A stretch of 64,000 bases of DNA from NCBI RefSeq assembly GCF_963676685.1, contig NC_092355.1:124001-188000 (forward strand), read 5' to 3'. The notes below the pieces were generated by a model. It did not search any database. It was not told the origin of the DNA and saw only the letters and a list, made by a program, of their open reading frames with translations. The stretch comes from Mytilus edulis. Taxonomy: Eukaryota. The translations under genes and the position numbers were made by a program. Positions 12,101-24,000 of this stretch are shown in pieces (position 1 is the first letter of the stretch; the number at the start of each line of letters is the position of its first letter).

Positions 12101-12896
12101 AGTCCACCAGCAGAGGCATCGACCCAGTGGTAGTAATAAAATCAACGGTACCAATTTTGTTGCACCAGATGCGCATTTCGACAATTCATGTCTCTTCAGT
12201 GATGCTCGTGGCCAAAATATTTGAAATCCAAAGCATATATAAAAGTTGAAGAGCTATAATCCAAAAGGTCCAAAAAGTATAACCAAATTCGTGAAAGGAA
12301 TCAGAGCTTTGCATGAGGGAGATACATTCCTTAATTTATAATAATTTCTAATATTTTGTAACAGCAAATTTTAATAACACAAAAAATCCGTATTTTCATG
12401 CCAGTACCGAGGTACTGGCTACTGGGCTGGTGATACCCTCGGGGACTAATAGTCCACCAGCAGAGGCATCGACCCAGTGGTAGTAATAAAATCAACGGTA
12501 CCAATTTTGTTGCACCAGATGCGCATTTCGACAATTCATGTCTCTTCAGTGATGCTCGTGGCCAAAATATTTGAAATCCAAAGCATATATAAAAGTTGAA
12601 GAGCTATAATCCAAAAGGTCCAAAAAGTATAACCAAATTCGTGAAAGGAATCAGAGCTTTGCATGAGGGAGATACATTCCTTAATTTATAATAATTTCTA
12701 ATATTTTGTAACAGCAAATTTTAATAACACAAAAAATCCGTATTTTCATGCCAGTACCGAGGTACTGGCTACTGGGCTGGTGATACCCTCGGGGACTAAT
12801 AGTCCACCAGCAGAGGCATCGACCCAGTGGTAGTAATAAAATCAACGGTACCAATTTTGTTGCACCAGATGCGCATTTCGACAATTCATGTCTCTT
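6184..12896 (-). mobile_element. Tandem array of 350-bp non-LTR retrozyme units (family A): 19 full units plus a 63-bp partial
   Basis: Exact 350-bp period with only 6 variant positions seen (6491, 7642, 7840, 8848, 9898, 10948). Each unit has a type I hammerhead on the minus strand. Confidence 0.93.
6212..6255 (-). ncRNA. Type I hammerhead ribozyme, first of 19 complete copies (repeats every 350 bp, last at 12512-12555)
   Basis: Minus strand reads GCAUCA-CUGAAGA-GACA-ugaau-UGUC-GAAA-UGCGCA-UC^UGGUGC: 6-bp helix I, CUGANGA, 4-bp helix II, GAAA, self-complementary helix III. Predicted cleavage between 6218 and 6217. Confidence 0.92.
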
Positions 12897-13361
12897 TTAA
12901 ACTTTAGTTTATATTACGAAACTTCTTTTAGGAATTTGAACTTGTTTTCTTTGGCTTTTCTATTCTTCTTTTTATGTACCCTCAACTATAAGTTAGTTGG
13001 CTAATTGGTTTACCCCTGTCCATTCATTTATAGGTATATATTTATTCCATATAACTCCTTCTGTTTTTACATAAATTAAAGGTTATTGTCCATGGGTCAG
13101 AATTTTGATTTTTAATATTGAAATTTGTTATATTAATTTTAGTATATACTTACATAAGTGGTGCATTGCGTTTCTGGATAAATCATCCTTAAGCGAACCA
13201 TAGACCTATGTGCTCTTTTGCTCAGCTTTGTGTATTTCAAAATAACACTTGGCATATGCGAAATCATTATTTGTTTGTCCAATACACAGTATGTGTCAAA
13301 GAAAGTTCCACAATGACTTTGTAAGGATATTTTTACTTCAGAGTGGAGCATGGGGGCATCA

Positions 13362-16140
13362 TTTTTGTCGAGCTTGCGACGTTTGTTGCAGAAAGCTCGA
13401 CAAAGAGATAGTGATCCGGCGGCGGCGGCGGTGTTATAACTTTTTAAAAGCTACGACGCTTCCATCAGTCACATGTCCATGGTGCTTGACCTCATTTTCA
13501 TGGTTCAGTGACTATTGAAAAAAGTGAGGATTTTTTGTAATTGTAAATTCTCTCTTTTTATAAGTAAAAGGATAACTACTAGTATATTTGGTATGTGCGT
13601 ACCTTGCTAGGTCTTCATGCCCGTCACTTGACCTCGACCTCATTTCATGGATCAGTGAACAAGGTTAAGTTTTGGTGGTCAAGTTTTGCTGCCTGTGCTG
13701 GTTTGAGGGTAAATGTAGATAAAACTGAGGCCATATGGGTTGACTCAAGATTAGGCAGTAATGAATAACTGTTACCAAATAAGAAATTATCTTGGAATAT
13801 ATCAGGAAAGTTTAAACTATTGGGATCAATCTCTTAAATGAGGATAAAACTTTAGAAAACTTTACAGAAAAAATTAAAGGCATGAAAAGCCTTTTCAATT
13901 TATGGTCATACAGAAACTTGACATATATTGGCAAAACCATTGTTATCAAAACGTTGGCGCTCCCACTTTTGGTACAGTTTCTGACAGTCCTTCCAAATCC
14001 ACCAGTTCAGGTTATACAAGAAATACAAGGAATTTTCATCAATTTTTTATGGGATGGAAAACCAGACAAAATAAAAAGGAAAGTTATTTTAAATAATTAT
14101 GACGAGAGAGGTTTAAAATTCCCACATATAGAAAGTTTTTGTATGTCCCTTAAAATGTCATGGCTTTATAAATTGCTAGATCCTTTGAATAGTTCTCCCT
14201 GGAAAATTCTATTTTTGAGTTATATTGAAAAATATGGAGGGGATAAAATATTGTACCTGACAAAAGAAGGTCTGGAAAAAATTGCAAAAAAGTTAAATCC
14301 TTTTTGGAGGGGCATTTTTCTAAATCTGGCTAAATTGAAGCCAGAAAAGGTGAAAAATGAAAACAATCCCATTAATATCCTGAGTCAACCCATTTGGCTG
14401 AATATCAACATTAAAAGATGTGGAAAGCCATTTATTTTTGAAAATTATTGTAATGATGGTATATTTTTTCTAAATGATCTAATCTCAGATGGGAAAAACA
14501 TACTGACATTTGAGCAGCTAAAACTCAGTATGCAGTTAAAACCAATTTTGTTGAATATTATGGTCTTGTTAGTGCAATTCCAGATATCTTGAAGAAAACC
14601 ATTTCAGGTCATTGTAGATTAGATATTATTGAAAATGATATTGTACAAAAACTCAAAAATGATAAAAAAAACCATGTAAATATTTTTATCAATTATTTCT
14701 AGAAAAAATTAAAGAAAATCCTTTAAGATCACAAAATAAATGGTCTGATGATTTATGTGTTAAGATTGATGATTGGGGAAGAATTTATTCGATGGCATTT
14801 CAAGCAACAAAAAACACTAAACTTCAGAATTTTCAATTCAAGTTATTACATAGAATTGTATACACAAACTCTTTTCTTTATAAATGTGGTTTAATAGAAA
14901 CAGAAATGTACACTTTTTGTACTGAAACCAAGGAAAGCTTACTGCATATTTTTTGGGAATGTATATACAGCAAAAATATTTGGATAGCACTTCAAGAGTT
15001 ATTATTAAAATGTGGATCTAGCCTTAAACATATAGAGGCAAAAGATGTTATTTTTGGTACTGGGGAAACTTTTGACCCATATAATGTAGTACAACATATA
15101 ATGTTGATTTTAAAATTTTATATTTATAGCTGTAAAAATTCAGGAGAAAAACCTTCTGTGAAAGGTAGTATTGCATATTTAAAATACTGTATAAGAATAG
15201 AACAACATACAGTAAATTTCTTATCACCTACACAAAAAGAATATATAGATAAAAAATGGTTGCCATTACAATCTGTCCTAGGTGATTTAAATATTTTATA
15301 ACTGGTACGAAAATTATAGTTATATTTTGTTGTATGTCTTGCTATTTAGAGTTGTCATATAATGAAAATATCTTTAAGATCATACTTGAAACTGTACATG
15401 TGTGTAATCCTGCTTGATTGTTTTCTGTCTTTATAAGTCCATATCTCGGATACTATAATCAATAGGTCTAGTATATTTGGTGTATGAAAGGACTGTTAGG
15501 TGTACATGTCCAACTGGCAGGTGTCATCTGATCTTGACCTCATTTTTATGGTTCAGTGGTTATAGTTAAGTTTTTGTGTTTTGGTCTGTTTTTCTTATAC
15601 TATACATGCTATATGCAATATGTCTACTATATATGGTGTATGAAATGATTATAAGGTGTATATTTCTAACTGGCAGGTGTCAACTGACCTTGACCTCATT
15701 TTCATGGTACAGTGATTAAAATTAAGTTTTGGAGTTTTGGTCTTTTTTTCTAATACTATATATGCAATAGGTCAACTATATTTGGTGTATGGAAATATTT
15801 TATGATTTATATGTCAGTCGCGCAGGTTTTGTTTGACCATGACCTCATTTTTACAGTTCATATCTCAGTGTTAAGTTTTTGTCTTTTGGTCTGGGTTTTT
15901 TAAACTATAAGCAATAGGTCAACTATATTTGTTGTATGGCAGAATTGTTAACTGTACATGCATGTCTGCATGGTTCATCTGACCCTGACCTCATTTTCAT
16001 GGCTCATTGGTCAATGTTTAGTTTACTTTGTTAATGTTAAGTTTATGTGGCAGTTGTAATAAAGCTTTATATTTAGGACTATCAACATAATAACAATGAA
16101 TAGCAAAGAAGGCGAGACATTTCAGCGTGAGCACTCTTGT
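13362..16140 (+). mobile_element. Non-autonomous Helentron/HINE-like element (second family), interrupted by a LINE fragment
   Basis: 5' tttttgtcgagc...gctcgaca hairpin, (ggc)n microsatellite, ~150-bp core repeats (tgacctcattttcatgg) on both sides of the LINE, 3' ggcgagaca plus short hairpin ending cttgt. Confidence 0.7.
13685..15434 (+). mobile_element. 5'-truncated, frameshifted Tx1/L1-like LINE ORF2 fragment (RT C-terminus and zf-RVT)
   Basis: GLRVNVDKTEAIW, W.YRNLTYIGKTIVIKTL, FLWDGKPDKIKR and FQFKLLHRI..TN..L....FC...ESLLHIFWEC motifs in ORFs 13882-14592 and 14792-15301. Confidence 0.9.
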
Positions 16141-16959
16141 GTAAAATGTTGGCCTATTTTGTTTTTGTTGTTTTCAGCAGTTCCAACAACTTTCATGAAG
16201 GCTTTCCGTAGACAATAACATTTATAAGTGTTATTCCATTGCTATATGCCGGTCATCGAATGGAAGTATTATGGCATACCGTTGTACGTCTGGTCGTCAA
16301 TTTGTCCGCTCAAATGTTGTACATGAGCCAGAGTACTTGACCTGAGAGACAATATTACTGTGCCACACAACATGACAAGGGGGACAATAAAACTAGCGGT
16401 ATCGATTATAAGTTTTCAAAATTATATTCTATTCATGAATAAAAAAAATAACATTTATGAGACTTTCTTCGCCGTTCGTTCAGTACAGTCTGTATGCTTC
16501 CTCTTAACCCTTTTATCATTTGAATGAATGGCGAATATTATTTTGAAATTTAGAACCAGTTAACCACTAGAATGGAAAACTTTTGTTATTCAGCTAAATT
16601 AAATCCGACCTTGCTATCCATCGGAATATAATCAATTTTGATAAAAATGGAATCTAATCTCTATCCAATTATATTTTATTTTTATTTTTGTTTAAATACA
16701 TTTGATTTAAACACAAAATTTATCTATAAATGACTATATTGTTTCACCCTTGTCACGTTCACTTCACTGGATAAAGAGAGTTAATATAACGCAATGTCAA
16801 ATATTGTCATCACACAACAAAATAATTCAATTTTCGGAAAAGTTAAGTACTGAGTATATCATATGTCATTCATTCTGTAATAAATGATCTCGTGCTCCCT
16901 GCAGCTAACTGTTGTACCATTTGCATGTCAGTTTTAAACAATTCTACTTCTGAATCAAT

Positions 16960-18873
16960 CTAATCAATTTCACACACCAGGACTTTAGTAGCATCACTAT
17001 CAAATGTTAGTAGAAATCTGTTACTGTTTGGTTTGAACCGTATTATCCATGGAGGAGCTGTGATGGTACTATCTATATCTGATATGGGAATGATTCGCAC
17101 GAGTTGTCCAGTAGAGGTCAACTGGTGAACGTTTATGGAATCATATCCAGTTGTATAAATGTTACCGTCGCTGTCAACTTCTTGGGAGAAGGGGCGTTGC
17201 AACAGACTGTGGTTGTACGAAAAGCCTTTTCCTTCATTACTTTCTCTTTTAATAGAATGTTCGCTATCCCAGTAGATGTAATCATTTTTTTGGTAGCAAC
17301 AAACATGTCTTGTGTCTGCTGTTGTTGGTTGACTTCTAACTACTGTACCATTGTCAGCGTTTAACCAAGATATTGTCTTGCCATTAGCAGTAACAAATTC
17401 GTTTTCACAGAACGAAATACCCCACACAGGATTCTTTATATCTAATGAGTTTAGTACAGTCAGCGGTTTAACGTTAATAACCACTATCTTCTTTTCATTT
17501 GAGGACACGGCAACTGTTTGATCATTCACTTTGGCTATATCTGTTACAATGTAAGGAATACATAACTGTTCTTGTTCTTGTCCTTTGTGGTCGTAGTATA
17601 CGATCTTATATTGTCTATAGTGGGTCAAAATAATATCATCATTAAAGAATATCCCACTAACGGCAGCTGTTGTAACATCAATTGTGAACACTATTTTGAT
17701 TTTCCCAGTATGGTAATTTGCTATCTTCACTCCAGGAATACATGACAGGTGTTCATCAAAAATCAAACTACCGAGAGAACTTATTTTTGAAATGATATCT
17801 CTCTGTTCAAACTTTACGGATATAACCCTTATTTCACGTAGAAGTTTAGAAATGTCATTTTCAGTTTGAGGAAGGTTTTTTAAAATCTCGTCCATCTTGA
17901 CCAGACATTGTATTTCTGACCCTTGAGATATACAAGCTTCGAATATATTCTTCCAGTAATCTACTGTATTTTTGATGCTAGATAAAGCTGCTGAATCATT
18001 ATCAAGCTTAATTACCTTTTCTTTCTTGCTACTGTTGGCTTTGTTCCTAAGTTTTTGCTCGAGTTCATTTAAATGTTTACACACTTTTTCACGCAAACTT
18101 ATGATTTCTATTAGAACTGTTTCTATGCCATTTTCAAAGGTTTTCTTGTTAGTCTTTTGGTTCTGAAGAACTTTACTTAATATGTTACTCGTTTCTGTTA
18201 ACTTTGTCATCAGGCTTTTGACTTTTTCGGATTCTTTTATCCCAGTTACCTCTCTATCAATAGTGACGACCTGTTCACATTTTCTGTGGTGGACAGTGGC
18301 GCAAACTGTACAACAAGGTTTGGAATGATCCTGACAGTAAACTTCTATCGTTTTGTCGGGATGTTCTTTACATGTGACATGTGCATGTAGACTGGAAGTT
18401 GAAATTTCTTCATTGATATCGGTGATTGGTATTATCTTATGACTCTTCGAAATTTTGAAAATTTTGTGGGCCTTTCTGCACGATTCACAATATGCTTCTT
18501 CGCAAACAGTACAGAAGAAAATAGCTTTCTGTTTGTCCTGTTCACAAGTATCACATAGCTTATCGGGTTTCTGTAATTCCTTTCTATCAATAAGTGATAT
18601 AATAAGATGGTTCACGGGTAAATTATTAGCCCACGTGTCAGGCTTCTTATCATCTATTGGCACAGACCGACGACATACGGGACATTTAAATCCACTTGGG
18701 TTATTGTCTTTCACGGTTGAAACAATATATGTATTAATACACGACTTACAAAACGTATGCAGACACGGCAGATACTTAGGTTCTTTGAAGATCTCCAAGC
18801 AGATTGTACAAGTCAGCAGACCATCAAAATCTTCTTTTAACTTTTCTCCTTTCACCTCCGCCGACATCGCCAT
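16960..18873 (-). CDS. TRIM E3 ubiquitin ligase (RING, 2 B-boxes, coiled coil, NHL-like beta-propeller), copy 1, 637 aa, intronless
   Basis: C3HC4 RING (CTIC..PCLHTFCKSC..CPVC), B-box1 (CDTC..CTVC..CESC..H), B-box2 (CKEH..CQDH..CTVC..HHRKC), helical middle, DSDGNIY propeller repeat. TRIM2/3/56/71-like architecture. Confidence 0.95.
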   Translation of the reverse strand: MAMSAEVKGEKLKEDFDGLLTCTICLEIFKEPKYLPCLHTFCKSCINTYIVSTVKDNNPSGFKCPVCRRSVPIDDKKPDTWANNLPVNHLIISLIDRKELQKPDKLCDTCEQDKQKAIFFCTVCEEAYCESCRKAHKIFKISKSHKIIPITDINEEISTSSLHAHVTCKEHPDKTIEVYCQDHSKPCCTVCATVHHRKCEQVVTIDREVTGIKESEKVKSLMTKLTETSNILSKVLQNQKTNKKTFENGIETVLIEIISLREKVCKHLNELEQKLRNKANSSKKEKVIKLDNDSAALSSIKNTVDYWKNIFEACISQGSEIQCLVKMDEILKNLPQTENDISKLLREIRVISVKFEQRDIISKISSLGSLIFDEHLSCIPGVKIANYHTGKIKIVFTIDVTTAAVSGIFFNDDIILTHYRQYKIVYYDHKGQEQEQLCIPYIVTDIAKVNDQTVAVSSNEKKIVVINVKPLTVLNSLDIKNPVWGISFCENEFVTANGKTISWLNADNGTVVRSQPTTADTRHVCCYQKNDYIYWDSEHSIKRESNEGKGFSYNHSLLQRPFSQEVDSDGNIYTTGYDSINVHQLTSTGQLVRIIPISDIDSTITAPPWIIRFKPNSNRFLLTFDSDATKVLVCEID

Positions 18874-18960
18874 TTTGTTGTATCATTTAAACTTCCCTGT
18901 CTAAAGATCGATCGGATATATATAGCCTGCTTCCTTGACTACTAGTTTGACACATGACTC
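18874..18960 (-). promoter_or_regulatory. Putative core promoter of TRIM copy 1
   Basis: TATATATA at 18917-18924, ~45 bp upstream of ATG. The motif and a CAC(A/G)TG E-box are positionally conserved in all four TRIM copies. Confidence 0.55.
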
Positions 18961-19152
18961 TTGTTATCAAATACATGAAATACACATGAAACATTAGGAA
19001 TTCGGTGATTGCTATACCACAGACAAATAAATGCAGTGTCAATGTATCATATTGTAGCAAATAATGTGTAGTATGTTTAATTACATAATTGTAAATAACA
19101 TGAATAAATATTGATTACAGGTAAATGATAACATATAAAGTTTGAAATAGAT

Positions 19153-19375
19153 AAGCAAGCTATAAATATATGTCCGATCTATCTTTAGAGAGGGAACTTA
19201 CAAAAAAATGACGATGTCGGCGGAGGTGAAAGGAGTAAAGTTAAAAGAAGATTTTGATGATCTGCTGACTTGTACAATCTGCTTGGAGACCGTCAAAGAA
19301 CCTAAGTATCTGCCGTGTCTGCATACGTTTTGTAATTTTGGGAGCCTTTTTGGTCAAAATTGTCCTCTACTTTGA
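19153..19375 (+). pseudogene. Inverted partial TRIM copy: TATA, 5'UTR and the first 42 codons; 55-aa ORF at 19208-19375
   Basis: gctataaatatat..ATG MTMSAEVKGVKLKEDFDDLLTCTICLETVKEPKYLPCLHTFC then NFGSLFGQNCPLL-stop. Homology ends at ~19335. Confidence 0.9.
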
Positions 19376-19559
19376 CCTGGAGAACAATCTTCTGATATTA
19401 CTCCTGTGTGTCTGTTTCCACCGAGTGGCCTGTTGCCTCTCCCACCATAATAACATACTCTGCCCTGTGTCATAGCACTGCCGTTTTGTTGTGGTTGGGA
19501 TTTTTCTTATAAAAATTGTCGTAAATATGTTAGTGACTAGTGATACATCTCTTTTCGTC

Positions 19560-19858
19560 TCGATAGGGAGTGCACATGGATTCCATTTTACCAAATACTA
19601 TAGCAAGATTTAAATGTTATCTTTGTTTAGCAGACAGGGAGTGTACATATATGTATGCCACTTTACCAATACTATAGCAAGGTTTAAATGTTATCTTTGT
19701 TTAGCCGATAGGGAGTGTACATAAATGTATGCCACTTTACCAATACTATAGCAAGGTTTAAATGTTATCTTTGTTTAGCAGACATGGAGTGTACATACAT
19801 GTATGCCACTTTCCAATACTATAGCAAGGTTTAAATGTTATCTTTGTTTAGCAGACAA
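19560..19858. repeat. ~73-bp minisatellite, 4 copies
   Basis: Repeating caatactatagcaaggtttaaatgttatctttgtttagc. Confidence 0.9.
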
Positions 19859-21119
19859 TATAGGGAGAGGAAGCTGTACCAAAGGTAGACTGATTGAGAG
19901 TTACTCATATAAAAAGTTATCTTTGAGTTCATTTTAATAACTGATCCATTTGAACAATTGCTGTTATCAATTAATTTAAATAGTTTAAGTTGAAACTTAA
20001 AAATAAGGCTCAACATGTAAAATGAATTTTTAATTCAAGAAGATTAAATAAGTAAAATGAATTTTTGATTTAAGATTTAACATGTAAATTAAATGCACTC
20101 AAATGATTGGACATAAACATGCAGATGGAGTAGGGTTATTTATTTCATTTGATATTAGAATTATCATTTTGTAGAGGTGAGAGTTTACTGGTGGATTTTA
20201 GACATTGTACGTAGACGTTCTACAAAGCATACACAATTATCTGTTATTTTGTATATAAAGGTTTTAATCACCGTTAATTGAGCCTTATACTCAAGTATAA
20301 GTTTGTTGAAATAAATGCATTTTATATAATAAAAACATATATATATATATATATATATATGTTATTTAAGAATTTAATATGGACATATTTATGAATTGGA
20401 GGTAATTTTTCCTTCTTACATCTACTCACCAAAAATTGAGATTTTGAATGTGTATTATCTCCCTTGTCACAATTTTAGTAGTTTGAAAAAAAAACACAAA
20501 AAAAAACTCACATCTAAATTTCAAAAAGCTTTTATATTTCATGAAATATTATATGTTCAAAATGAAAAGTAATAGCATATTAAACAAATGAAATACTGGC
20601 AACAGTAATTATTGTTTTACTGTAACTTATTCATACATTTGTTTTATCCATTGGATGTAAAAACATTGATAGTGGTTTTACTATAACTTATTCATATATT
20701 TTCCATCCATTGTAGATAAAACATTAATTGTGGTTTTACTGTAACTTATTCATTTGTTTTATCCATTGTAGATAAGAGGAATAAAAGTGAAAACTGAGTC
20801 ATGACACAGGCTTACCCATAGAATGTAATCAATTAGAAACTACCCATAATGCACCTTATTGCTATTTGTCAACAACTACTGAACATATATCATGATCCTT
20901 TAATATTTGGTGTCCAAAGAAGAAAATTGTAAAAACAATGTTGGACACAACACAACTATAGTGTTTGTTGTATGACGTCAATAGTTTAAGTGTCACGAAA
21001 TCTTGCAAAAATGTGTTGCAGATTCTTATATAGCTATGAGGTCTATAATAAAGACTTACTGCTTATTTTACCATTTAAACACATGAATCTTTTAAAAGGA
21101 TTCTTTTAATTTTACATTT

Positions 21120-21680
21120 TAAGACACAGATCTTAGAAATGGATTATGCTTAATCAACATTTAAACACATAGATCTGAGAAATTGATTATCTGTAATCAA
21201 CATTTAAACACATATATCTTAGAAAAGGAATATGTATAGTAAACATTTTTATCTTGGAAATGGATTGTTATTGAACACTTAAACAGATGGATATTAGAAA
21301 CGGATTAAAATGCTAATTGAACATTAACACATAGTTCTTAGAAACGGATTATGTTAATTGAACATTTAAACACATAGATCTTAGATAGTGATTTTAGTTG
21401 AAAATGAAAACACATGCTTCTCAGAAATGGATTATGATAATTGAACATTTAAACACACGGATCTAAGAAACGGATTATGTTATAAATTGAACATTCAAAC
21501 ACATGGATCTGAGAAACAGATTATGTTAATTGAACATTTAAACACATGGATCTAAGAAATGAATTATGTTAATTGAACATTTAAACACATGGATCTAAGA
21601 AAAGGATAATGTTATAAATTGAACATTCAAACACCTGGATCTCAGAAACGGATTCAAATATGGATCTTAGAAATGGATTT
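21120..21680. repeat. Diverged ~41-44-bp minisatellite
   Basis: Repeating aattgaacatttaaacacatggatct.agaaa.ggattatg. Confidence 0.85.
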
Positions 21681-23209
21681 TTATTGAAATTTGAATATTG
21701 TAAGGGATAATGTTTAGTGAATTTTTAGTGCTATAACTCTAGTTTGAACAGCCACACTAACAACAAAACTCTGTTCTTGAATCACCTGACTGTCACATGA
21801 CAATATCTTTACAATGTGCTTATTATTTAGAACATTGTGTTTATTATAAGGATTTTATTTAAGTTATTGGTGACTGGAGCTTGTTAGATATAATGCAATA
21901 TGTGGTCATATGAAATCATGCATCTATTAAAAACGAGAAAATTAGCAATGGGTTGTATAACAAATTTGTAATTTTGTGTGTATAATTATTTATTTATTTA
22001 TTGTTTTTTATAAAAAGCATTTAGAAATTATTTGATATCAAGTTCTTATTGATATATAAGGTTTACTGAACACATGTGTTAAGATGGGTTTAAATTTGAC
22101 ATATGTTAATATGGGTTGAAATTTGACATGTGTTAATATGGGTTGAAATTTGACACCATGTGTTGATATGGGTGGAAATTTGACATGTGTTACTATGGGT
22201 GAAAATTTTACATGTGAGCATTTGTATATATTGTAATGAATGAAGTCAGGAATCCTCGAGCAGGAATCATATGATTAACATAATGTATATCTGTAAAGAC
22301 TTGCCAATCAGTGCCATTATGTGTATAATGTGTAGGGACTGTGATTGTTTAATGCTGTGATATTTTCCTGAATTTTATTGAACGCTATTTATACTGCTGA
22401 TTTTAGGGTTTTTTTCTACAAATATATGTAAAATGTTTGGTTAACAATTTTGGTAGTCAAAAGTTCTGGAAAATCATTGATCAAAATACACATAGATGAA
22501 ATTTACAGTGTCTTTTTTACCCTGCCATTAACCAATAGAATTGCTATCACCTAAAAAATGGATTAGAAATTTTACAGTCCATCTGAAATCACCTTGAGGC
22601 AGTTTTGAGGCTTTAGGAAATAGCAGAAGTGAAATAAGAAAGATAGCAAACTCACAGGAAAATTCAAAACAGACAGTCACTTATCAAATAGAAAATTCAA
22701 AAGTTCAAACACACCAAACGAATGGAAAACAACTGTTATACTACTGACTTGGTACAGGCATTTCTTCACGTAGAGAATGGTGGATAAATAAAGGCAACAG
22801 TAGTATACCGCTGTTCGAAACTCATAAACTGACTGAGGAAAAAAAAACAAATCTGGGCTATAAACCAAAACCGAGGGAATCACATCAAACCAGGTTTTAT
22901 AGCTAGCTAAACCTCTCACTTGTATGTCACATAAAACTCAATTATATTGACAACAATGTATGAAAAAAACAAACATACATAATAGGTAAAAATGTCTAAA
23001 AAGGGATACAGAAGTCAACATTGTGTTATGATATTAATCACAAAAAAACAAACAAATGTGTCCACAAAGAAAAAAAAAATGCCATATAGACATGATAGAC
23101 AAAGAACATAAGCAAAAATGAAGACAAGATTACATCAAATGACCACAGTACAACAATACATTGGTGGGATGCATAAGTACTGAGCCACACCTAAAGGATA
23201 TTACCAAAA

Positions 23210-24000
23210 ATGGACTAAATAGTAGAGGATAACATTCACAAAGACAAATTAAAGAACACTATAACATGTAATGAATGGACTAAATAGTGGAGGATAACAT
23301 TCACAAAGACAAATTAAAGAACACTATAACATGTAATGAATGGACTAAATAGTAGAGGATAACATTCACAAAGACAAATTAAAGTACACTATAACATGTA
23401 ATGTAAAATGGACTAAATAGTAAAGGATAACATTCACAAAGACAAATTAAAGAACACTATAACATGTAATGAATGGACTAAATAGTAGAGGATAACATTC
23501 ACAAAGACAAATTAAAGTACACTATAACATGTAATGTAAAATGGACTAAATAGTAGAGGATAACATTCACAAAGACAAATTAAAGAACACTATAACATGT
23601 AATGAATGGACTAAATAGTAGAGGATAATATTCACAAAGACAAATTAAAGAACACTATAACATGTAATGTAAAATGGACTAAATAGTAGAGGATAACATT
23701 CACAAAGACAAATTAAAGAACACTATAACATGTAATGAATGGACTAAATAGTAGAGGATAATATTCACAAAGACAAATTAAAGTACACTATAACATGTAA
23801 TGTAAAATGGACTAAATAGTAGAGGATAACATTCACAAACACAAATTAAAGTACACTATAACATGTAATGTAAAATGGACTAAATAGTAAAGGATAACAT
23901 TCACAAAGACAAATTAAAGAACACTATAACATGTAATGAATGGACTAAATAGTAGAGGATAACAATTCACAAAGACAAATTAAAGAACACTAAAACATGT
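23210..24000. repeat. 65/68-bp minisatellite, 12 copies (single copy at ~1120-1180 in the paralog)
   Basis: Repeating atggactaaatagtagaggataacattcacaaagacaaattaaag. Confidence 0.92.

Noticed and set aside
6731-12884. Repeated 67-aa ORF (MSKCASGATKLVP...) in each array unit
   Set aside because: It starts at TTG inside hammerhead helix II and spans the cleavage site. It has no domain signature, and the sequence is explained by RNA structure.
6184-12896. CRISPR array or rDNA/5S/snRNA tandem
   Set aside because: No unique spacers, eukaryotic context and no rRNA or snRNA motifs recognised.
13143-13250. Inverted similarity to 28720-28828 as evidence of a large inversion
   Set aside because: Short and diverged. 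A dispersed repeat fragment explains it equally well.
18455-18904. Antisense ORFs over TRIM 5' ends (also 30668, 51345, 56129) and over BEL ORFs
   Set aside because: Shadows of the coding strand. Starts and lengths are not conserved.
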